Below, one piece after another: positions 29,558 to 41,478 of a DNA stretch of 64,000 nt. Both the position numbers and the translations under genes were made by a program. This DNA comes from Candidatus Dadabacteria bacterium (GTDB lineage Bacteria > Desulfobacterota_D > UBA1144 > Nemesobacterales > CSP1-2). Where the stretch lies: contig CAWDVW010000005.1 in NCBI GenBank assembly GCA_963805855.1, positions 288,001 to 352,000 on the forward strand. Reading direction: 5' to 3'. Position 1 is the first letter of the stretch, and the number at the start of each line of letters is the position of its first letter. The notes beneath the pieces are model-generated. The model ran no database searches and was not told where the DNA came from. It saw only the letters and a list, made by a program, of their open reading frames with translations.

Positions 29558-30741
29558 AGATGAGCCTGACTTACCTTGACTATAATGCAACAACGCCGAT
29601 GGATCCCCGTGCCTTGGAATCGATGATTCCTTACATGAGAGAACATTATGGCAATCCTTCCAGCATCCACTCATATGGAAGCAGGGCAAAGGCAGCGCTT
29701 GATGAGTCCAGGGAACGGGTTTCAGATCTTATTTCTGCAAAGCCTAAGGAGATTGTCTTTACATCGGGTGGAAGCGAGAGTAACAATGCTGCAATAATTG
29801 GAGCGGCGCATGCCCTAAAAGAAAAGGGGAGCCACTTAATCACTACCAAGATTGAACATGCATCAATTCTTGAAACCTATAGGTTCCTGGCCAATCACGG
29901 TTTCAAAGTGACCCTTCTTGGTGTAAACGAACATGGCCTCATTGATCTGGATGAGCTTCGAGAATCGATAACAGACGAAACTATTCTTGTCTCAGTAATG
30001 TTCGCCAACAACGAAACCGGTGTGGTAATGCCAATAGATGAAATTGCAGCGCTGGTGAAGGAAAAGGGGGTTGTCTTTCACACCGATGCGATACAGGCGT
30101 TTGGGAAGATGGATATTAACTTGAATGATATTTCTGTCGATATGCTTTCGATATCATCCCATAAAATGTACGGACCCAAAGGTGTTGGCGCATTATGCAT
30201 AAGAAACGGGCTAAGAACAGATCCATTTATTCACGGCGGAGGACAGGAGAGAGGAAGGCGCTCTGGTACTGAGAATGTACCCGCTATTGTTGGGTTCGGA
30301 AAGGCATGTGAGATTGTTAAAGAAGAACTGAAGGGTCAGGAGTCAGAAGTCAGAATTAAGGCGATGAGAGATAGACTTCATAAAGGAATTACGGATGAGA
30401 TTGATCGTCTAAAGCTGAATGGTCATCCCGAGATAAGGCTTCCCAACACCCTAAACCTAAGCTTTGAAGATGTGGAGGGTGAGTCGCTGGTAATGAGCCT
30501 TGACTTGGAAGGAATAGCCGTATCGACAGGGTCTGCATGCTCTGAGGGAAATGTTGACCCATCTCATGTTCTCCTTGCTATGGGTTTATCCAACCAACAG
30601 GCGTCTTCGTCGATTAGATTCAGCTTTGGAAGGTTTAATGAGGAGAAAGACGTCGACAGGGTTCTTGAGATTCTGCCCGGAATTGTGGACAGGATAAGAC
30701 AAGTTAAAAAGAGTGAGGCGGTTAAAAAGATAAGTGCTTAG
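29554..30741 (+). CDS. iscS: Cysteine desulfurase (IscS/NifS)
   Basis: [42 protein letters not shown] and STGSAC. Confidence 0.92.
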   Translation: MKMSLTYLDYNATTPMDPRALESMIPYMREHYGNPSSIHSYGSRAKAALDESRERVSDLISAKPKEIVFTSGGSESNNAAIIGAAHALKEKGSHLITTKIEHASILETYRFLANHGFKVTLLGVNEHGLIDLDELRESITDETILVSVMFANNETGVVMPIDEIAALVKEKGVVFHTDAIQAFGKMDINLNDISVDMLSISSHKMYGPKGVGALCIRNGLRTDPFIHGGGQERGRRSGTENVPAIVGFGKACEIVKEELKGQESEVRIKAMRDRLHKGITDEIDRLKLNGHPEIRLPNTLNLSFEDVEGESLVMSLDLEGIAVSTGSACSEGNVDPSHVLLAMGLSNQQASSSIRFSFGRFNEEKDVDRVLEILPGIVDRIRQVKKSEAVKKISA

Positions 30742-30906
30742 AAGTAAATCAGAGCTCAGGGTCTGAAACGAATGAAGAACCACATAACCAAAAGACCCGC
30801 CAAGCGAAATATTACCATTATTTCACCGCGAGGTGTACTGCATCGCTGCCAATAGGCAATAAAATGCGCCCAAAAGATTCACCCCACAGCTTTGGCCAGC
30901 CCTGTG

Positions 30907-31153
30907 GATGTTACATAATTCGGGGACAGCATCTTAGATTTTAAATGGGCATTCAAAAAATTTCCAAAATCAATTCCGGAAGCGTTAAAAAAAGTGACAA
31001 TCATTACTGTCATCTCGAAGGAACAAAGTGACTGAGAGAACTAATTAATTATAGCAATAGATATCTCGCATTCGCTCGATACGCAAGCGTTTTTTGACAG
31101 CCCTTGTCCTGAGCGATGTCGAAGGATTGTTTCTTTGAATCAAGACAAAGAAA
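30907..31153. repeat. Dispersed repeat family A copy 2, with a nested 20-bp REP-like unit at about 31107-31126
   Basis: Matches 6686-6918; carries TCCTGAGCGATGTCGAAGGA, which the other copies lack. Confidence 0.92.
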
Positions 31154-31294
31154 ATAAAAAATTGAACAATGGATCGCCCATTTAGCTCGTCCCCGCATGT
31201 CGCCGGCGGGTAAGATTCGAGAATGACGGAAGAGCAAATTTCCGGGGAATTTATTACTTTTACAAGCCCGACAACGTGCACTAACTTCCTAATC

Positions 31295-32335
31295 CTAAGG
31301 AAAAACCGGCGGTAAATCGAGCCCTAGGGATTCCTCAAATTCCATCATGATGTTCATATTTTGAACGGCCTGACCGGATGCGCCTTTAACCAGGTTATCT
31401 ATAACAGAGACAATGATAGCCGTCTTGTTCTCCGGATTTGATTTAGCCCCAATATCACAGAAGTTGGATCCCCTCACCTCGCCAGTCGCTGGATAATTGT
31501 TTTCGTCTCTGACCCTTATAAATCTTTCACCATCATAGAAATTACCATAAAGGTCTAAAAGCTCCTTTGTAGTTATCTCGTCCTTGAGCCTTACATAGAT
31601 AGTCGATAGTATTCCCCTATCCATTGGAATTAAGTGAGGTGTAAATGTAACTTCAATATCAAGTCCTGAATATCTCGATAAGACTTCGTCTATTTCTGGT
31701 TTGTGACGATGATCTCCGATCTTATATGCTCGGACACCCTCATTTACCTCGCAAAAGTGATATGCCAAATCGGGAGACCTGCCAGCACCAGAAACCCCCG
31801 ATTTGGAATCTATGATTATGGAGTCATCTTCTATTAATCTGTTTTTGAGTACGGGTGCTAGACCCAGGATTGCGGACTCAGGATAACATCCCGGGTTGGC
31901 GACAAGTTTTGCCCTGGCAATTTCAGCCTTATTCAACTCAGAGATTCCATAGACAGCTTCGGGTAGAAGCTCAGGACAAGGATGATCGCCATACCATTTT
32001 CTATAATTCTCGTGACTGAGCCTGAAGTCCGCCCCTAGATCCACAATACTGAGCCCTCTGCTGAACAGCTCCTTAACGATCGACGCAGACTTACCATGCG
32101 GCAGTGCGCAAAAAACAAAATCCAGGTCTTTTGGCATTAGGTCGAGGTCGAGAGGCTGGAGCTCTAGATCAATTAACCCGGTCAAATGTGGAAAGACATC
32201 CGAAATCCTCCGACCCGAGTGTTTATCCGCCGTCAAGTATGTAATCTCAATATTCGGGTGAATTAGTAGAAATCGTAATAGATCGCTACCCGTATACCCA
32301 CTCGCTCCGAGCACGGCAACCTTTTTCTTTTCCAT
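31295..32335 (-). CDS. argC: N-acetyl-gamma-glutamyl-phosphate reductase
   Basis: GASGYTG, ALPHG, DLGADFRL, ANPGCY, SGVSGAGR and IDNLVKGASGQAVQNMN. Confidence 0.97.
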   Translation of the reverse strand: MEKKKVAVLGASGYTGSDLLRFLLIHPNIEITYLTADKHSGRRISDVFPHLTGLIDLELQPLDLDLMPKDLDFVFCALPHGKSASIVKELFSRGLSIVDLGADFRLSHENYRKWYGDHPCPELLPEAVYGISELNKAEIARAKLVANPGCYPESAILGLAPVLKNRLIEDDSIIIDSKSGVSGAGRSPDLAYHFCEVNEGVRAYKIGDHRHKPEIDEVLSRYSGLDIEVTFTPHLIPMDRGILSTIYVRLKDEITTKELLDLYGNFYDGERFIRVRDENNYPATGEVRGSNFCDIGAKSNPENKTAIIVSVIDNLVKGASGQAVQNMNIMMEFEESLGLDLPPVFP

Positions 32336-32512
32336 GCGAAGTGAAAATATCTGGAAATTATTACAATTACAAGTTTGATTAGTTCTCCAAAAGCCGAACG
32401 AACGCCACAGACCCGAACATCCACTAAAAATCTTGACTCAAATGTCATCAAAAGGTACCTTGTATTCCAGGGTATTTCAGTAATTATCGATTGGTTATCG
32501 GAGGATATCGCA

Positions 32513-33520
32513 ATGTCGATTAAGGTAGGCATAAATGGTTTTGGAAGAATCGGTAGACACATTCTAAGAATAGGCCTTGAAAGGAAGGATATAGAATTTG
32601 TTGGCATTAATGATATAACTGATGGCAATGTCCTATCCCACCTATTTAAATATGACTCTATCTTTGGCCCGTACAAAGGAGAGGTCAACACCGAAAACAA
32701 TCATATAATAGTTGACGGCAGGAGCATAAGAGTCTTTACAGAAAGGGACCCCGCAAACATCCCTTGGGAGGATGTTGGCACCGAATTAGTTGCGGAGGCT
32801 AGCGGAATTTTTAGGACAAAGCAAGCCGCCTCGGCCCATCTTGGCGGTTCGGTCGAGAAGGTAATAATAACCGCTCCCGCAAGCGGTGAAGTCGATTTTA
32901 CAACGGTCATGGGCGCGAATCACCATCTATATGACCATTCAAGACATAACATAATATCGAACGCATCATGCACCACGAATTGCTTCGGACTGCTCGTAAA
33001 AGTTCTCCATGAGAGTTTCCGTATAAAGAGGGGTGAGATGTCAACAATACATTCATACACAAATGACCAGAGAATCTTGGATGCCCCACATAAGGACCTG
33101 AGAAGGGCGCGCGCAGCTGCGTTATCAATAATACCAACGAGTACCGGCGCCGCGAAGGCTATTGAGTTGATATTCCCCGAACTAAAGGGAAAGCTCAGTG
33201 CGGTTGCAATGAGGGTGCCAACCGCCGACGTTTCAATGGTCGATTTTAGTTGTGAGGTGGAAAAAACCACTTCGGTTGAGGAAGTCAATGAAAAATTTAA
33301 GAAAGCATCCACCGAGGAACTTAAGGGATACTTAAGGTATGTTGACGAAGAATTAGTCTCAGCCGACTTCATTGGCGATCCTCACTCTGCGATCTTCGAT
33401 TCACCGCTCACCAGTGTCGTAGATACTAACCTTGTTAAAGTCATGGGTTGGTACGACAACGAATATGGATACTCGTCGAGGGTCGTTGACTTAATCCAGT
33501 TCATCGGAGACAGCAAATAG
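32513..33520 (+). CDS. gap: Glyceraldehyde-3-phosphate dehydrogenase (type I)
   Basis: Start reassigned to ATG 32513 (GGAGG upstream): MSIKVGINGFGRIGR, SNASCTTNC and WYDNEYGYS. Confidence 0.97.
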   Translation: MSIKVGINGFGRIGRHILRIGLERKDIEFVGINDITDGNVLSHLFKYDSIFGPYKGEVNTENNHIIVDGRSIRVFTERDPANIPWEDVGTELVAEASGIFRTKQAASAHLGGSVEKVIITAPASGEVDFTTVMGANHHLYDHSRHNIISNASCTTNCFGLLVKVLHESFRIKRGEMSTIHSYTNDQRILDAPHKDLRRARAAALSIIPTSTGAAKAIELIFPELKGKLSAVAMRVPTADVSMVDFSCEVEKTTSVEEVNEKFKKASTEELKGYLRYVDEELVSADFIGDPHSAIFDSPLTSVVDTNLVKVMGWYDNEYGYSSRVVDLIQFIGDSK

Positions 33521-34749
33521 TGGATAAGCTTGTAATCTCTGATCTGTCAGCATCTAGCTTCGATAACAAGTGTATATTCGTGAGGGTGGATTTTAATGTC
33601 CCTGTAAAGGATGGCACTATCAGTGAGGATTACAGAATTAGAAGAGCCATACCCACGATTGATTTCTTAATTGAAAGAGGAGCAAAAGTAATTCTTGGCT
33701 CTCACCTTGGTAGACCGAGGGGCATGGAAATATCGAGCCTTTCATTAAAGCCTGTTTCGGTGAGGCTATCTGAACTATTGGGAAAGCCGGTGAAATTTAT
33801 GGGAAAGGTCATTGGTAAAGATGTCAAAGCTACAGTAGGTAAGCTCAAGAAAGGGAACGTTTTGCTACTAGAGAATCTTAGATTCCATAAGGAAGAGGAT
33901 GAAAATGATAAGAAATTTGCCAAGGAACTGGCATCCCTGGCAGACATATATGTAAATGACGCGTTTGGCACCTCCCATCGAAAGCACGCCTCAACCTTTG
34001 GAATGGCTTCTTTCTTTGATCTAAGGCTGGCAGGTTTCCTGGTAGATAAGGAATTGAGGTTCCTGACGAAAATCCGAGAGGCTACCGACCACCCATTCGT
34101 TGTTATAGTTGGTGGAGCAAAAATCAAGGATAAGATCAATGCCGTTAAGAATCTCCTCGAAAAGTCGGATAGGGTATTGATTGGTGGAGGAGTAGCCTAC
34201 ACGTTTCTCAAGGCCAAGGGCATAGATGTTGGACGTTCAATCACCGAAGACGACATGTTAGACTGGGCAAAGACAGCCTTAAAAGTTTACGGAGACAAGA
34301 TACTGCTACCCACTGACCACGTCGTCGCAGAGAGTTTTGAAAAAAGAAAAACCTGCATGGTGGTTGATGAAGAAATACCCCGAGAACTCCATGGTTTTGA
34401 CATAGGGCCAAAAACTGTGGGGAAATATGCATCCTTCATTAAGGGAAAGGGTGTAATTTTCTGGAATGGTCCCATGGGAGTTTTTGAAGTGGACGATTTT
34501 TCGGCAGGAACGAGCCACATGGCCCGAGCTGTGGCTCTTGCCACATGGCGCGGAGCAACAACTGTGGTGGGAGGCGGTGAAACGGTAGCCGCAATAAGAA
34601 AGGCCGAGGTTCTTGATTCAGAAATTACGCACATCTCAACCGGTGGAGGCGCATTGCTAGAGTTCTTAGGGGGCCAGCAGCTTCCGGGGATTTCAATTTT
34701 AAATGATAAGCATGACTACAAGGAAATACTCTATTCCGTTACAAATTGA
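33520..34749 (+). CDS. pgk: Phosphoglycerate kinase
   Basis: RVDFNVP, SHLGRP, LLENLRF, NDAFGTSHR, WNGPMGVFE and HISTGGGA. Confidence 0.97.
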   Translation: MDKLVISDLSASSFDNKCIFVRVDFNVPVKDGTISEDYRIRRAIPTIDFLIERGAKVILGSHLGRPRGMEISSLSLKPVSVRLSELLGKPVKFMGKVIGKDVKATVGKLKKGNVLLLENLRFHKEEDENDKKFAKELASLADIYVNDAFGTSHRKHASTFGMASFFDLRLAGFLVDKELRFLTKIREATDHPFVVIVGGAKIKDKINAVKNLLEKSDRVLIGGGVAYTFLKAKGIDVGRSITEDDMLDWAKTALKVYGDKILLPTDHVVAESFEKRKTCMVVDEEIPRELHGFDIGPKTVGKYASFIKGKGVIFWNGPMGVFEVDDFSAGTSHMARAVALATWRGATTVVGGGETVAAIRKAEVLDSEITHISTGGGALLEFLGGQQLPGISILNDKHDYKEILYSVTN

Positions 34750-34933
34750 TGCGAACTCTAGTGTTCATAATCAAACCGATATGATATCTTAAGATTCTTA
34801 TGTCAATAACCTGAATTAATTTTCCCGACGTTTTTTTTCATACATAGCAATATCTTTGACCAACTCAAATATGGAATTTTTTTTCGTGTAATGTACTATA
34901 TTACTATATAAAAATACCATCGATGGGGGAAAA

Positions 34934-36028
34934 ATGGCTAAAGCAAAATTAAAGGAAACTACAACAGTTAAGGACGACATAGGTAGCATTGTCGGAATTT
35001 TAGGTAATGACGCCAGTTATCTCTTAGACCATAAGTGCAGGACTATTCCAAAAAGCCAGTTACATCTTCCGGGACCATCTTTTATAGATGAAATCCTGAT
35101 CCCCTCCGACAGGCCAAACGCAGTATTGAGAAATATGCAGTTGCTTTTCAACAGCGGTCGGTTAGCAGGAACCGGATATCTGTCTATCTTACCTGTAGAT
35201 CAGGGGATTGAGCATTCAGCAGGTGCTTCTTTTGCGCCGAACCCAATATACTTTGATCCCGAAAACATAGTTAAACTCGCGATCGAAGGGGGATGTAGCG
35301 CAGTTGCTTCCACATTAGGTGTACTTGGATCAGTTTCCAGAAGGTATGCGCATAAGATACCGTTCATTGTCAAAATCAATCACAACGAATTCCTTTCATA
35401 CCCGAATACTTATGATCAAATACTCTTCGCCAATGTCGATCAAGCGTTTCAGATGGGCGCTATCTCCGTAGGAGCGACAATATATTATGGCTCTCCCGAA
35501 AGTCATCGCCAAATTCAGGAAATCACCGAGGCGTTTAGCTACGCGCATTCGCTCGGTTTGGTAACCATTCTCTGGGCTTATCTAAGAAACCCCGCCTTTA
35601 AAACGAAAAACACTGATTATCACCTTTCGGCTGACTTAACAGGACAGGCAAATCACTTGAGTGCTACGATTCAGGCAGACATAGTTAAACAAAAATTAGC
35701 CGAGAATAATGGTGGTTTTACTGCATTAAATTTCGGCAAAACTGATGAAAGGGTATACACAAAACTTACCTCTGACCATCCAATTGACTTGAATCGCTAT
35801 CAGGTAATTAATTGTTACATGGGTCGTTCGGGCCTGATTAACTCTGGAGGGGCATCCGGGAAAAATGATCTTTATGAAGTCGTGCATACGGCAGTAATTA
35901 ATAAAAGGGCTGGTGGAATGGGATTGATAACCGGGAGGAAATCCTTTCAGAAACCGATGAATGAGGGAATAGAGCTGCTGAACGCAGTACAGAATGTGTA
36001 TCTGAACAAAGAAATTACGGTAGCTTAG
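34934..36028 (+). CDS. fbaB: Class I fructose-bisphosphate aldolase
   Basis: [46 protein letters not shown] and [15 protein letters not shown]. Confidence 0.95.
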   Translation: MAKAKLKETTTVKDDIGSIVGILGNDASYLLDHKCRTIPKSQLHLPGPSFIDEILIPSDRPNAVLRNMQLLFNSGRLAGTGYLSILPVDQGIEHSAGASFAPNPIYFDPENIVKLAIEGGCSAVASTLGVLGSVSRRYAHKIPFIVKINHNEFLSYPNTYDQILFANVDQAFQMGAISVGATIYYGSPESHRQIQEITEAFSYAHSLGLVTILWAYLRNPAFKTKNTDYHLSADLTGQANHLSATIQADIVKQKLAENNGGFTALNFGKTDERVYTKLTSDHPIDLNRYQVINCYMGRSGLINSGGASGKNDLYEVVHTAVINKRAGGMGLITGRKSFQKPMNEGIELLNAVQNVYLNKEITVA

Positions 36029-36168
36029 AGGCTCTAATTATTATCAAATTAGAGATTAAACCCTCTTTTCAAAACTCCAAAAGCTTGGAAATACGTAAAG
36101 AGTATGGAAGGCAAAGTAAATTACCGCCCCTTGTTCCGAATGGACAATTAACGGTCAAAGAGAACCGA

Positions 36169-37206
36169 TCAAGAAACTGCCTTTCTTTTTTTCCCGCTTT
36201 CGGAAGGATAAGCCCCCATAAATTCTTCCGCTTTTAAAACCATTTCACTTGAACCAATAAAAATTGGAGTTCTCTGATGCAACTCTTTAACCCCTTTATC
36301 CAGGATTCGATTGAATCCATCCGATGCCATCCCTCCCGCCTGTTCCACGATGTAAGACATCGGATTGCATTCGTAAAGGAGCCTTAATTTCCCATTGGGA
36401 GAATCCTTTGTGGCAGGATAAATAAAAATCCCTCCAGTTATTAAATTCCTGTGTATGTCTGCCACCATCGAACCGATATATCTTAATGAGTAGGGGCGTC
36501 CTGTAGGTTTATCATATTCAACGCAATAGTCGATATACTGTTTTACCCCCGCTGAAAAACTGGAATAATACCCCTGGTTAATCGAATATGTCTTCGCCGT
36601 TGATGGTATTTTCATATCGGGATGAGAAAGACAGAATTCACCGATCGAAGGGTCTAAGGTGAATCCGTTTACACCCTTGCCCGTTGTGTAAACAAGCATA
36701 GTAGACGAGCCGTAAATGATATAGCCCGCCGCAGCCTGTTCCGACCCTTTTTGTAGAAAATCATCTATCGCGCAAGTCCCCAAACGAGAAATACTTCTAT
36801 AGATTGAAAAAATGGTGCCGACAGAAACATTCACATCTATGTTTGAAGAGCCATCTAATGGATCAAGAGCAACAACATACTTTGCATTCCTCGATATTTC
36901 ATCATCAAATGTGATGAATTCCTTATTCTCCTCAGATGCAACGCCGCAACACTGTCCTCCCAATCTTAAGGCAGCGATAAACCTTCTGTTTGCAAATACA
37001 TCGAGTTTTTTAACTTCCTCTCCCTGTATATTCGTAGCTCCTGCACTGCCTAATATATCAACCAATCCTGCCTTATTCACTTCCCTGTTGACAACCTTCG
37101 CGCCTAGTCCAATGTCCCTTAGCAGCCTGGATAACTCACCCTGGGCGTAGGGGAAATCAGTTTGTCTCCTGATGACAAACTCATCTAATGTCTCAATTCC
37201 AATCAT
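36169..37206 (-). CDS. fbp: Class 1 fructose-1,6-bisphosphatase
   Basis: [21 protein letters not shown] and [11 protein letters not shown]; start reassigned to [10 protein letters not shown]. Confidence 0.96.
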   Translation of the reverse strand: MIGIETLDEFVIRRQTDFPYAQGELSRLLRDIGLGAKVVNREVNKAGLVDILGSAGATNIQGEEVKKLDVFANRRFIAALRLGGQCCGVASEENKEFITFDDEISRNAKYVVALDPLDGSSNIDVNVSVGTIFSIYRSISRLGTCAIDDFLQKGSEQAAAGYIIYGSSTMLVYTTGKGVNGFTLDPSIGEFCLSHPDMKIPSTAKTYSINQGYYSSFSAGVKQYIDYCVEYDKPTGRPYSLRYIGSMVADIHRNLITGGIFIYPATKDSPNGKLRLLYECNPMSYIVEQAGGMASDGFNRILDKGVKELHQRTPIFIGSSEMVLKAEEFMGAYPSESGKKRKAVS

Positions 37207-37322
37207 AAACCTAATAGTACCTAAAATATCTAGGGTGAGGAAGCATACTTTTATATGGTAAACCCATAAAGCTTCATAAGACACCTATCATTTCAATCCG
37301 GAACCGTCTTCTCGTCTACAAT

Positions 37323-37937
37323 TTACTTCTTATCGATTTGATTTGGCTTGTCTTTATCCTCTTTGAAAGCGTCTTTAATATTTTCAGTATTTGTGACCCT
37401 TAATATGGCTTTCATGCCCTCTTTCTGTATAACCTTCCTTGTGTTCTGCAAATGATTTTTAAAATCGTCAGGAATTGTGCTCCTTATAATCTCGAAACTT
37501 ACATTAATATAAGGAACTACGACCGAGTCCTTGAGCGGCGGATCATCCTCCGAGTAAAAAAATTCCAGGCAGGAAATCAAGAAAAAAATTGCAATTACAC
37601 CTATCATCAAGCCCAAAAATCCCCCCGCCATTCTATCTATTAAGCTTAAATGAAGGGTGTCTACCAGTTTTGTCAGCAACCAGGCAATCAGTTGAATCAC
37701 TAAATAGATCGCCAAGGTAACGATAAAAAATCCGGCTATGCTGGCAATGGATTCATTCTCAATTAACCCCTTTTTTACCAATAAGATCCCGGCGAACTCG
37801 TAAAACATCATGCCTAGTATTATCCCGACAACAATCGCCAGAAATGACAGTGTACCTTTGATAAATCCCCGTTTGATACCTAAAAGCGCAAAAAGGGCTA
37901 TAATTGTCAAAATTGCTATGTCTAGCCAGTTCATCAA
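37323..37937 (-). CDS. cvpA: CvpA (colicin V production) family membrane protein
   Basis: MNWLDIAIL...GIKRGFIKG...LSLIDRMAGGFLGL. Confidence 0.88.
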   Translation of the reverse strand: MMNWLDIAILTIIALFALLGIKRGFIKGTLSFLAIVVGIILGMMFYEFAGILLVKKGLIENESIASIAGFFIVTLAIYLVIQLIAWLLTKLVDTLHLSLIDRMAGGFLGLMIGVIAIFFLISCLEFFYSEDDPPLKDSVVVPYINVSFEIIRSTIPDDFKNHLQNTRKVIQKEGMKAILRVTNTENIKDAFKEDKDKPNQIDKK

Positions 37938-38107
37938 TTATCTGAGGTTAATAATATTTGAGACTGCTGAGGTCATTTTATCCCTTTCGAACAATCTTAC
38001 ATCCTGCTTCCAAAATCATACATTAACAGAAGGCCTAATCAAATCGATATGATCTCTTGTATCAACTGCTTTGACTTCTCCAACATGTTCAGATAATTTA
38101 AAGCGGG

Positions 38108-39088
38108 ATGGATTTTTCCAATATTGTCGGGGTAATTTCAGCTGACTTAGAAGAAGTTGAAAAGGAGATCGACTATAATATAAAATCGCCGGTCCCACTC
38201 GTTTATCAGATATCAAAATATCTCCTCGGCAGCGGCGGAAAACGCATCCGGCCTTCTGTTCTAATCCTATCGAGTGGTGCATGCGGTCTTGAGAACGGTA
38301 GGAACAGGATCACCTCGGCGGCTGCACTAGAACTCATCCACACCGCATCGCTTCTGCACGACGACGTAGTTGACGATGCCAATCTACGGAGGGGCAGGGT
38401 ATCGTCAAATAGATTATGGGGAAACAAAGCCACTGTGCTCGTCGGCGATTTTATGCTTGCAAGAGCACTCGGGTTAATACAGTCGTGTGGTAATTTAGAA
38501 CTAATAAAGGTTGTCACGAATGCTGCAGCAAAGCTTGCAGAAGGACAGGTACTTGAGGTAATGAGTGGATTAAATATGATCGACGTCTCCGAGGAAGTAT
38601 GCTTTGGAATAATAGAAAACAAGACCGCATCGTTGATAGAAAGCTGCGGAAAAGCGGGTGCGATCCTGGCAGGCGCAACACAACAAGTAAAGGATACAAT
38701 GGGTGAACTCTGCTTTAATTTGGGCATCGCTTTTCAGCTTGTCGATGATGCTCTCGACTACTCTGCCGACGAAAGGGAAATTGGAAAGGAGGTGGGGCAT
38801 GACTTATACGAAAAGAAGATGACGCTTCCACTTGCCTATGCGCTCAGAGACGCGACTCATGGAGAAAAATCGAAAGTAGTGAATCTTTTACGAAACGATC
38901 ATTTAAGTAATGAGGATTTACCGATTATCCTTGACCTCGTGAATAAGTACAATGGTGCGCGACAAACAAAAAATGCTGCTAAAACCTTCGCTCATAAAGC
39001 AAAAAAAGCAATATTGGGTCTACCTGATAATGACTATAGAAAATCTCTCGATCTTCTCGCAGACTACATAGTGGAAAGGAGAAAATAG
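38108..39088 (+). CDS. ispB: Polyprenyl diphosphate synthase (IspB-like)
   Basis: GGKRIRP, ELIHTASLLHDDVVD, RRG, GDF and FQLVDDALD. Confidence 0.88.
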   Translation: MDFSNIVGVISADLEEVEKEIDYNIKSPVPLVYQISKYLLGSGGKRIRPSVLILSSGACGLENGRNRITSAAALELIHTASLLHDDVVDDANLRRGRVSSNRLWGNKATVLVGDFMLARALGLIQSCGNLELIKVVTNAAAKLAEGQVLEVMSGLNMIDVSEEVCFGIIENKTASLIESCGKAGAILAGATQQVKDTMGELCFNLGIAFQLVDDALDYSADEREIGKEVGHDLYEKKMTLPLAYALRDATHGEKSKVVNLLRNDHLSNEDLPIILDLVNKYNGARQTKNAAKTFAHKAKKAILGLPDNDYRKSLDLLADYIVERRK

Positions 39089-39134
39089 TTATCTAAGGTA
39101 TATCATCTATTTCGAAAATTGAGGAATAAAAAGT

Positions 39135-40790
39135 ATGGCGGGTAAAAAGAAGGATTGGGCAGAGAGAGTTAAAAAGGAGTTGAAGGAAAGAAAAAAGGTT
39201 TTTACCACCCAATCGGGTATTACTTTGGATAGGCTATACACCCCGGAAGATACAAGAGACATAGATTATGACGAAAAAATTGGATACCCCGGCGAATATC
39301 CATTTACCCGCGGTGTTCAACCAACCATGTATCGTGGAAGGTTGTGGACTATGCGACAGTATGCCGGTTTTGGAACAGCAGAAGAGACAAACAAACGATT
39401 TAAGTACCTTCTTGAGCAGGGACAAACCGGTTTAAGTGTCGCGTTCGATCTTCCCACGCAGATGGGCTACGATTCTGATCATCCAATCAGCAAGGGGGAA
39501 GTCGGAAGGGTTGGTGTGGCAATAGACTCTCTAGAGGATATGGAAATCCTTTTTGACGGGATTCCACTCGGAGAAGCAAGCACATCGATGACAATTAATG
39601 CTACTGCGTCTATGCTACTTGCAATGTATATGGTCGCAGCGGAAAAACAAGGTGTGAGTTCAGACCGGATCCAGGGTACAGTTCAAAATGATCTGCTCAA
39701 GGAATTCATCGCAAGGGGAACTTATATTTTCCCGCCCGGACCCTCTGTGAAACTAACCATAGACATCATGGAGTACTGCCGAGACGCTATCCCCAAATGG
39801 AATCCCATAAGTGTGAGCGGTTACCATATTAGAGAAGCCGGATCAACAGCGGTCCAAGAATTGGCATTTATGCTTGCGGATGCGATAGAATATCTGGAGA
39901 ACGCAAGGAAGCGGGGAATAGACATACAAAAGATAGCAGAGCGTGTTTCATTTTTCTTTGCGGTTCATAACAACTTTCTTGAAGAGGTCGCAAAATACCG
40001 TGCGGCTAGGAGGTTATGGGCCAGGATTATGAGGGAAAGATTTGACGCAAAGACCGATAGGGCATGTCTGTTTAGAGTACACTCGCAAACCTCCGGCGTA
40101 ACACTCACGGCACAACAGCCCCGAAACAATATCATGAGAGTAACCATCCAGGCATTAGCAGCAGTCCTAGGTGGTACTCAATCACTCCATACGAATTCCT
40201 TTGACGAGGCTCTTGCCCTCCCGTCAGAAGAAGCCGCCACTATAGCTCTTAGAACCCAGCAGTTAATCGCACATGAGAGTGGCGTTGCCGATACCATAGA
40301 TCCACTTGGAGGTTCTTATGTAATTGAATGTCTTACGGATAAAATAGAAAAGGAAGTGATTAATTATCTCGGTCAGATCGATAAAAGGGGCGGGATGATT
40401 AAATGTATTGAAGATGGATATGTAAACCGTGAGATAGAGGAGGCTTCGTACAGGTATCAACTGGATGTCGAAAAAGGGGAGAGAATAATAGTGGGCATGA
40501 ATGAATTTACGAGCGACGACGACGAATCGGTCGAACTTCTCAAAATTAACCCAAAGATTGAAGAAATAAAGAGACAAAAATTAAAAACTCTAAGGGAAAA
40601 AAGAGACAACGGCAGGGTAAATTCCGACCTCAAAAATCTTGAAGAAAAAGCGAGAGCAAATGAAAACCTTATGCCTTACATACTAGAGGCGGTGCGGGGC
40701 TATGCTACGATCGGAGAGATGACATCTGCTCTCCAAAACATTTACGGCAGGTACGGACAAAGCGGCTCGCCTGCAAAAGTTAGAATGTAA
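39135..40790 (+). CDS. Methylmalonyl-CoA mutase, substrate-binding (large) subunit without a B12 domain
   Basis: [48 protein letters not shown] and [15 protein letters not shown]; no DxHxxG domain. Confidence 0.92.
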   Translation: MAGKKKDWAERVKKELKERKKVFTTQSGITLDRLYTPEDTRDIDYDEKIGYPGEYPFTRGVQPTMYRGRLWTMRQYAGFGTAEETNKRFKYLLEQGQTGLSVAFDLPTQMGYDSDHPISKGEVGRVGVAIDSLEDMEILFDGIPLGEASTSMTINATASMLLAMYMVAAEKQGVSSDRIQGTVQNDLLKEFIARGTYIFPPGPSVKLTIDIMEYCRDAIPKWNPISVSGYHIREAGSTAVQELAFMLADAIEYLENARKRGIDIQKIAERVSFFFAVHNNFLEEVAKYRAARRLWARIMRERFDAKTDRACLFRVHSQTSGVTLTAQQPRNNIMRVTIQALAAVLGGTQSLHTNSFDEALALPSEEAATIALRTQQLIAHESGVADTIDPLGGSYVIECLTDKIEKEVINYLGQIDKRGGMIKCIEDGYVNREIEEASYRYQLDVEKGERIIVGMNEFTSDDDESVELLKINPKIEEIKRQKLKTLREKRDNGRVNSDLKNLEEKARANENLMPYILEAVRGYATIGEMTSALQNIYGRYGQSGSPAKVRM

Positions 40791-40802
40791 CTCGCTGTAG
40801 GT

Positions 40803-41297
40803 TTAAACATTGGTCCTGTCAGATTCAACCGGCTTTTCAATGTATTCCATATCAAGCTTCATCACGAGTGCGTCTTCGCCTGTATCGCTATAGTATTTAC
40901 GCCTTAAACCAATAGATCTAAAACCGGTTGTCTCGTAGAGTCTTATCGCATTTTTGTTTCTAACCCTGACTTCCAAAATCGCAGACTTTATCCCTTTATT
41001 CGAAAAATATCGCAAACAGTCAATCAGTAGTCCCCGCCCTATTCCCTTCCTCCTATGTTCTGGGTGAACGGCTAAGTTTAGAATATGCACTTCGTCATAG
41101 ATCTTCCATGCAATGATATATCCAACAACTGCTCCATTTATTTTCGATACGCGCTTATATGACCTCGAAGACTTCAGTTCCATATCAAACACCTGTCTCG
41201 GCCAAGGTGTCGGAAAGCTAACTTGCTCGATCGCAATTATTTCATCAAGGTCATGCGGCTTTACTTCTTCTATGCGAACATATGATGAGGGCATCAT
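40803..41297 (-). CDS. rimI: Ribosomal-protein-alanine N-acetyltransferase
   Basis: IEQVSFPTPW, HILNLAVHPEHRRKGIG, LEVRVRN and RRKYYSDTGEDALVM. Confidence 0.92.
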   Translation of the reverse strand: MMPSSYVRIEEVKPHDLDEIIAIEQVSFPTPWPRQVFDMELKSSRSYKRVSKINGAVVGYIIAWKIYDEVHILNLAVHPEHRRKGIGRGLLIDCLRYFSNKGIKSAILEVRVRNKNAIRLYETTGFRSIGLRRKYYSDTGEDALVMKLDMEYIEKPVESDRTNV

Positions 41298-41381
41298 ACT
41301 GGTAGAAAAATTTTACAGCCTCAATTTAATTAGACAAGTATATTACATCACCGGCATAATTGGCGATAAATTAATTATTCC

Positions 41382-41444
41382 TTGACAGGTTTCTAAGGTA
41401 TGTTAACCTCAAGGCAAATTAAAATTGATTATTATTTTCAATTT
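41382..41444 (+). promoter_or_regulatory. Putative promoter with a downstream Fur-family operator for the iron permease
   Basis: TTGACA (41382)-16 nt-TAACCT with an extended TG; imperfect palindrome AAATTGATTATTATTTTCAATTT (41422-41444) resembles the 7-1-7 Fur box. Confidence 0.6.
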
Positions 41445-41478
41445 GTTCTCGAACGGGATCTTTAATTGAATCTGTTTA

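Noticed and set aside
31045-31281. Small ORFs at 31045-31281, 31049-31237, 44024-44212, 25260-25448 and 13233-13523
   Set aside because: They lie largely within repeat elements and are probably chance ORFs.
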